From positions 200,292 to 264,291 of the forward strand of contig JADKEK010000003.1 of the NCBI GenBank assembly GCA_016718035.1: a stretch of 64,000 nt of DNA, given 5' to 3'. Positions 58,700 through 64,000 of this stretch are shown in pieces. The first letter of the stretch is position 1. Each line of letters opens with the position of its first letter. The notes beneath the pieces were generated by a model. The model did no database searches. It saw only the letters and a program-made list of their open reading frames with translations, and was not told the DNA's origin. The position numbers and the translations under genes were made by a program. Source of the stretch: Bacteroidota bacterium. GTDB taxonomy: Bacteria > Bacteroidota > Bacteroidia > Chitinophagales > BACL12.

Positions 58700-60355
58700 A
58701 TGAAAATAGCACTAGCTCAAATCAACGTCCACATTGGCAATTTCGAAGCCAACTTTAATAAAATTGCCAATTTTATTGATGATGCGAAAAAACAACAGGC
58801 AGATATTATTCTATTTCCTGAATTAAGTGTTTGTGGTTACCCTCCACGCGATTTTCTCGATTTTGATGATTTTGTAGACAAATGTTACGAAGTAATTGAA
58901 AAAATAAAACCACTCACACAAGAAATTGCTGTTGTTGTTGGTTCACCAAGTCGCAACCCAAAAATTGAAGGCAAAGATTTATACAATTCAGCTTTTTTTA
59001 TTTTTGAAGGGGAGATAAAACATATTGTAAATAAAGCATTATTACCTACTTACGATATTTTTGATGAGTACCGTTATTTTGAGCCAGCGACTGAATTTCA
59101 AAACATCACATTTAAAGGCAGGAAAATAGCCCTCACCGTTTGCGAAGATTTGTGGAATGTAGGCAACGACAATCCAATGTATAAAGCGTGCCCAATGGAT
59201 GTACTCATAAAAGATAAAGTGCAACCGGAAGTAATGTTAAATATCTCAGCATCACCTTTCGATTATAATCATGCTGAAGGACGTATTACCACATTAAAAG
59301 CTAATACTGCAAAATATAAAATTCCGGTGTTTTATGTAAATCATTGCGGCGCACAAACCGATTTAATATTTGACGGTGGCAGCATTGTTGTTAATGCTAA
59401 CTCAGTGGTGTTTGATGAGATGAAATATTTCGAAGAACAATTAGCTGTTTATGATTTAGATGAAGTGATTGCATCAAATCAAACGCAAAATATAGACAAA
59501 GTTCAACCCAAAGAAAAAATTGATTTAATTTATCGGGCTTTAGTTACCGGCATCAGGAATTACTTCGAAAAACTCGGATTTAAAAAAGCCATTTTAGGTT
59601 TAAGCGGAGGCGTTGATTCAGCACTCACTGCTGTATTAGCCGCCGAAGCCTTAGGTTCAGAAAACGTGTGGGGTTTATTAATGCCTTCACAATATTCAAC
59701 AGGACATTCTGTAACTGATGCACTTGAATTAGCGCAAAATTTAGGTATTAAACACGATACCATCGCGATAAAAAACATGTATGATTCTGTAGTGGGTGAA
59801 TTAACACCTTTGTTTGATGGGAAATCATTTGATGTTACTGAAGAAAATATTCAGGCACGTTTACGCGGATTAACTTTAATGGCAATGTGTAACAAACATG
59901 GTTATATATTATTAAATACTACCAATAAAAGTGAAGCCGCCGTTGGATATGGCACTTTATATGGTGATTTATGCGGAGGCCTTGCAGTATTAGCCGATGT
60001 TTACAAAACAGAAGTGTACGAATTAGTCGCATATATTAATCGCGAAAAAGAAATTATACCTCAACACATTATCACCAAAGCACCAAGTGCAGAATTGAGA
60101 CCGGGTCAAAAAGACCAGGACACTTTACCACCCTATGATGTGTTAGATAAAATATTATTTCAATACATCGAATTATCACAAAGCCCTCAGGATATATTAA
60201 ATTTAGGTTTCGATGAGCATACCGTTCGCAGAACACTCAAAATGGTAAATAGCAATGAGTGGAAACGTTTTCAATTTCCTCCCGTATTGCGCGTTTCACC
60301 TAAAGCATTTGGTGTTGGTCGACGTATGCCAATTGAAGGCAAATATTTATCCTGA
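58700..60355 (+). CDS. nadE: Glutamine-dependent NAD+ synthetase
   Basis: N-terminal CN-hydrolase domain (FPELSVCGYPPRD, CEDLW) and a C-terminal PP-loop LGLSGGVDS. Confidence 0.95.
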   Translation: MKIALAQINVHIGNFEANFNKIANFIDDAKKQQADIILFPELSVCGYPPRDFLDFDDFVDKCYEVIEKIKPLTQEIAVVVGSPSRNPKIEGKDLYNSAFFIFEGEIKHIVNKALLPTYDIFDEYRYFEPATEFQNITFKGRKIALTVCEDLWNVGNDNPMYKACPMDVLIKDKVQPEVMLNISASPFDYNHAEGRITTLKANTAKYKIPVFYVNHCGAQTDLIFDGGSIVVNANSVVFDEMKYFEEQLAVYDLDEVIASNQTQNIDKVQPKEKIDLIYRALVTGIRNYFEKLGFKKAILGLSGGVDSALTAVLAAEALGSENVWGLLMPSQYSTGHSVTDALELAQNLGIKHDTIAIKNMYDSVVGELTPLFDGKSFDVTEENIQARLRGLTLMAMCNKHGYILLNTTNKSEAAVGYGTLYGDLCGGLAVLADVYKTEVYELVAYINREKEIIPQHIITKAPSAELRPGQKDQDTLPPYDVLDKILFQYIELSQSPQDILNLGFDEHTVRRTLKMVNSNEWKRFQFPPVLRVSPKAFGVGRRMPIEGKYLS

Positions 60356-60372
60356 AATTCAACCCGGTACCT

Positions 60373-61905
60373 ATGACATTTTATCAGCCATCACGCAAAA
60401 AACCCGTATTAGGGTTAGTAATTTTCCTATTATTTATTGGTGTAGCTGCCGTATTATTTTTTTCGATTCGTAGCTGCTCGAATACAGGTTTTTTTCGCTC
60501 TGCAAAAAGCAGTGATGCCAATTATGTGTATCAGGTTTATCCGGTTATTACTAACGATGGCGTATATTTTATCAGTCTGGAAGGTGTATTCAGAACTAGT
60601 ATTTATGAGCAGAAAGGCGGAATGACTATGCGAAGTGGTTCTACAGAATTGCGCCTCAGCTTACATGATTTAAATAAAGGTACATTAATAAAACGCGAAG
60701 TTATTGGCGATTATCACAAAAAGTATTCAAGTATTATTGGTGCTCGTGATAGCATTTTCTGGATGTATAACACTACTGATGGTTTACACGGAAGAAGTGT
60801 AAAAGAGCTCGAGATAATTATTACACAGGAGCAATTAATAGCAGCTAATCCTGCCTTGTCAGAAGGCCTTGCCATGTCGCAATCTACATTGACCAATCTC
60901 AACGAATTATATGCCTTCGACAGAGAGCACAACGCATTAATGTTAACTACATTAAGCGGCAAAAAAGTTTGGGTAGATGGCGGGAATTTCAAAACAGTCG
61001 AATCACCGGTAGCGTATTTACCCAAGAACAGCTATGATGATATTATTGAACGCACTATCGAACAGGCATTAGCCGGAGAAACTATTGATGTCAATTTAAT
61101 TACTGAACAAATATTACAGGCGACTGCAGGAGTTAATACACGATTTGAACTCGACCACCTTTCAGACAGAATTGTTGCGTTTGATAGCTGCACATATAAA
61201 TTAGATGGTGGCACTTTAAGAACAATCACTAAAACAGATTGCCCAAAACCTATACCTCGGAATAATGCCTCGGGAAGCGATGCTAAATTTATTGAACCAC
61301 ATTTAATCAGTGTTTATAACAGTGAAAAAAAGGTGGCTATCAACCCTGAGTTTTTGCCGGAAAACATGAGTGTTATTACACATGCTAAATCAATTGGCGA
61401 CAAAACAGAATTACTGATCAGCGGCATTAATAATACCAATTTGCAAAAACAATTTACCATTGCAACAGGCATCACCTTAGGCAACCACCGTTCTGGATAT
61501 AAAATAAGTGCTGTTTACGGCAATCAGGATACTTTATTATTAGGTATCAATAATCAGCTGTTTAATATAAATACCAAAACTGGTAAACTCATTTGGAAAA
61601 AAGTAATCGCCAAAGAGGATTATAATGCACAACTTTTATCTGTTGGTGAAGCTGTCCAAAACGGCAAACGTTATATTGTTGTTGTAAACAATTACTTTAC
61701 AGTTTTAAGCAAACAAGGCATATTTGTTAATGGCAGAACCGACTATCAACAACTTGTAATAGATGCTGGCAGCGGGAAGACATTATACCAGCAGGACATC
61801 AATAATAGTCAGCCGGAAAAACTTCCTTATTATCTTGGAAATGCACAGGGATTAAATTGGTTTTACACTAATGAACTCGGTTTTCATACGCGCTCTTTTC
61901 CCTAA
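60373..61905 (+). CDS. Hypothetical membrane-anchored protein with possible PQQ-like beta-propeller repeats
   Basis: N-terminal TM (VLGLVIFLLFIGVAAVLFF). Repeats of the type INTKTGKLIWKK and DAGSGKTLYQQ. No family recognised. Confidence 0.5.
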   Translation: MTFYQPSRKKPVLGLVIFLLFIGVAAVLFFSIRSCSNTGFFRSAKSSDANYVYQVYPVITNDGVYFISLEGVFRTSIYEQKGGMTMRSGSTELRLSLHDLNKGTLIKREVIGDYHKKYSSIIGARDSIFWMYNTTDGLHGRSVKELEIIITQEQLIAANPALSEGLAMSQSTLTNLNELYAFDREHNALMLTTLSGKKVWVDGGNFKTVESPVAYLPKNSYDDIIERTIEQALAGETIDVNLITEQILQATAGVNTRFELDHLSDRIVAFDSCTYKLDGGTLRTITKTDCPKPIPRNNASGSDAKFIEPHLISVYNSEKKVAINPEFLPENMSVITHAKSIGDKTELLISGINNTNLQKQFTIATGITLGNHRSGYKISAVYGNQDTLLLGINNQLFNINTKTGKLIWKKVIAKEDYNAQLLSVGEAVQNGKRYIVVVNNYFTVLSKQGIFVNGRTDYQQLVIDAGSGKTLYQQDINNSQPEKLPYYLGNAQGLNWFYTNELGFHTRSFP

Positions 61906-62683
61906 ATTAACACCTGAGCAAAACGACTTTGCCTTATCATTAAAGGTGGCAGAAATCACTTCCCCTTTGGTTAAAACCAGTGGGTATGGACGCGCCATAG
62001 ACGACAAATACATATCATTTGATTCGGCTAAAAAATTATGTTACTTCACTACCGAAAATGGATTACATTATGTTTATGATATTACTAATAAAAAAATAAG
62101 TGAAATAAACGCACCGGATGAAGCATTGTATCACAATCTAAAAATGCAAAACCGCAATGTAAATTATTATTACAGAAATGCTTATTATTCTACGCCTGAC
62201 AAAATTGAACTCCCTAACGGAGGTGCTTTAACAGCTAAAAATGAAAATGCAATTCCGATTTTACGTTATGAGGCTGCACAAAAAACATCTCCAACAGCAT
62301 CTACAACAACTGGCACTCAATTTATTGAAGGGGAATTTTTAATCAATGGCATTAGTTTAAATAAGGACATTTATTACACCGATAAAAATTACAATCCGAT
62401 AAGTACAAATAATAAAGAATCGTTTTGTTACATCTGGCATAAAAATAAAATTGCTGTTGATGCACATCGGATTATCAGCAAATACAATTATGCCACACAA
62501 CAATCTGCATGGCAATTTGATGTAACAGCACTTTTGGGCGTTGAAGGTGAAATTTCCAGAGTTTACAATCGCAAGTCGAGTTTGGTAATCATATTCAAAA
62601 CACATCCAAAACTCGATGACAATTACACCTGTGTTTCAATTAATACAGACACCGGTAATATGGAATGGGTGTATAAATTCTAA
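61871..62683 (+). CDS. Hypothetical protein, possibly the continuation of the upstream ORF
   Basis: 270 aa with no signal peptide. It overlaps the upstream ORF by 35 nt out of frame and ends with a TDTGNMEWVY propeller-like repeat. Confidence 0.4.
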   Translation: MNSVFIRALFPKLTPEQNDFALSLKVAEITSPLVKTSGYGRAIDDKYISFDSAKKLCYFTTENGLHYVYDITNKKISEINAPDEALYHNLKMQNRNVNYYYRNAYYSTPDKIELPNGGALTAKNENAIPILRYEAAQKTSPTASTTTGTQFIEGEFLINGISLNKDIYYTDKNYNPISTNNKESFCYIWHKNKIAVDAHRIISKYNYATQQSAWQFDVTALLGVEGEISRVYNRKSSLVIIFKTHPKLDDNYTCVSINTDTGNMEWVYKF

Positions 62684-62695
62684 CATGATTAGTAT

Positions 62696-62740
62696 AAAAA
62701 AATACCCCGGGCAATTTAAACTGACCGGGGTATTTTTTTT
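62696..62740. terminator. Bidirectional rho-independent terminator between convergent genes
   Basis: Perfect 10-bp stem aataccccgg/ccggggtatt with a 14-nt loop, flanked by an A7 run upstream and a T8 run downstream. Confidence 0.8.
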
Positions 62741-62765
62741 ATTTCAAGAGTAGGTTATACTCACA

Positions 62766-64000
62766 TTACTCAACATGTATCTCTTCATCACCTTTATCAT
62801 AGAAACGATATTCCATATATTGAAATTCGTTGCTGCCAGATACGTGAATTTTGCGTTTATATTCCCAATACCATTTCCATTGAATACTATTAAAGAATCT
62901 TCCTTTTTTAATAAACGACTCAACAAAAGGGTGAACAATTAATTTAACGTATTGCTGATTTTGATTTTTAACGAGATATTTAATTTTTCTTTCTATATCA
63001 TCAATTAACAACACACTGGCTTCAATTTTACCTGTACCACTGCACGTAGGACAAACTTCAGTAGTAGTTATATTTACTTCAGGTTTAACGCGCTGACGGG
63101 TAATTTGTGCTACACCGAATTTCGAAATTGGTAATATAGTATGCTTGGCCCTATCGTTAGCCATAGCTTCTTTTAATGCATTGTAAACTGCTTTTTTATT
63201 ATCAGGGTGTTTCATGTCGATAAAGTCGACAATGATAATTCCACCCAAATCGCGCAAACGCAATTGACGGGCAATTTCTTTAGCTGCTTCAACATTAACG
63301 GCAACAGCATTTTGTTCCTGATCGCCTTTTACTGCTGTTTTATTTCCGCTGTTTACATCTATAACATGTAATGCTTCTGTATGCTCAACAATTAAATATG
63401 CACCACTGTCCATATTAACTGTTCTGCTAAACAGCGATTTTATTTGTTTTGTCACCCCAAATTGGTCGAACACCGATTTCCCTGTTGTATGCAGGGTTAC
63501 CATTTTTTCGGAACCCGGGCTTATTTTTTTGATATACTCTTTTACTTCATTCGCAATTGATGGTTCATTTACCACAACATTGTTAAATGAGTCGTTGAGT
63601 ACATCTCTCAATAAGGTATTTGTTTTGCGTGTTTCGCTGTAAACAATTTGCGGAGCCTGAAGTTGCTGCAAACGTTTAGTTATTTCTGCCCACTGCGCAA
63701 TCAAATCATTTAAATCTTCATGTAATAGCTGAGTGGCAACTCCTTCGGCAACTGTACGAATAATTACCCCAAATCCTTTTGGTCGCAATTGTTCAATTAA
63801 TGCCTGCAGTCTTTTTCTTTCGTTGGCTGATGCAATTTTTCGCGATACCCCAACAACTTCATTAAAAGGTGTGAGTACCAGGTAACGACCTGCCAATGAA
63901 ATTTCACAACTCAGTCTTGGTCCTTTAGTTTGAATTGGCTCTTTTATAATCTGCACTAAGATGTGCTGATTTTTAGCCACCACATTATTGATTTTCCCGG
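62766..64000 (-). CDS. rng: Ribonuclease G (RNase E/G family); the N-terminus lies beyond the window end
   Basis: HVIDVNSG and DLGGIIIVDFIDM catalytic-core motifs plus the Zn-link CPTCSGTG. The frame stays open to nt 64000. Confidence 0.9.
   Translation of the reverse strand, partial: GKINNVVAKNQHILVQIIKEPIQTKGPRLSCEISLAGRYLVLTPFNEVVGVSRKIASANERKRLQALIEQLRPKGFGVIIRTVAEGVATQLLHEDLNDLIAQWAEITKRLQQLQAPQIVYSETRKTNTLLRDVLNDSFNNVVVNEPSIANEVKEYIKKISPGSEKMVTLHTTGKSVFDQFGVTKQIKSLFSRTVNMDSGAYLIVEHTEALHVIDVNSGNKTAVKGDQEQNAVAVNVEAAKEIARQLRLRDLGGIIIVDFIDMKHPDNKKAVYNALKEAMANDRAKHTILPISKFGVAQITRQRVKPEVNITTTEVCPTCSGTGKIEASVLLIDDIERKIKYLVKNQNQQYVKLIVHPFVESFIKKGRFFNSIQWKWYWEYKRKIHVSGSNEFQYMEYRFYDKGDEEIHVE

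Noticed and set aside
1-64000. Search for mobile-element boundaries, integrases, transposases, CRISPR repeats, tRNA or rRNA genes, toxin-antitoxin pairs or restriction-modification genes
   Set aside because: None were recognised in any frame or intergenic region. The polysaccharide locus shows no flanking direct repeats or tRNA that would mark it as an integrated island.

Overview
AT-rich chromosomal segment that looks like Bacteroidota. Supporting signs are a T9SS C-terminal sorting domain, a GldB-like lipoprotein, loose lipoboxes and dense co-directional operons. All calls come from motif recognition in the supplied ORF translations and from reading the DNA by eye; no homology search was run. 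Layout: (1) 1-7.5 kb: the 3' part of metH, an SGNH hydrolase and a three-gene RND efflux operon. (2) 7.6-9.5 kb: a translationally coupled NodB-type deacetylase and sulfotransferase pair. (3) 9.5-11.5 kb: a divergent pair of a PA0069/SplB-family radical SAM gene and an XRE-HTH/S24-peptidase (non-canonical LexA-like) repressor. They share a short intergenic region with four GTCA/TGAC half-sites phased at exactly 11 bp. (4) 11.7-42.3 kb: a roughly 30 kb Wzx/Wzy-type extracellular or capsular polysaccharide locus. It contains kdsA, a wHTH regulator, a six-gene nonulosonic-acid module with a second embedded sulfotransferase, a flippase, about six glycosyltransferases, a Wzy-like polymerase and a GT-C-like membrane protein. 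It also holds a WecB / bi-domain oxidoreductase / AsnB / heparinase II/III-fold / WbuB cassette, a PglC/PglE/PglF-like priming module, and Wza and Wzc. (5) 42.3-64 kb: housekeeping genes, namely uvrA, a RidA-family gene, a vWA T9SS cargo, an M23/LysM peptidase, an aldehyde dehydrogenase, an MBL hydrolase, a 1152-aa Omp85/TolB-like outer membrane protein, an EamA transporter, yicC, gmk, apaG, a GldB-like gene, an OMP, nadE, two hypothetical genes and a partial rng. The most interesting signal is the predicted sulfated, nonulosonic-acid-containing polysaccharide system, which has two sulfotransferases and a lyase-fold protein inside a biosynthetic operon. Next is the candidate SOS operator shared by the LexA-like/radical SAM pair and uvrA. 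Two genes of the priming module, and possibly a third gene pair elsewhere, show single-base frameshifts at short homopolymers. I saw no tRNA, rRNA, CRISPR array, transposase or integrase.
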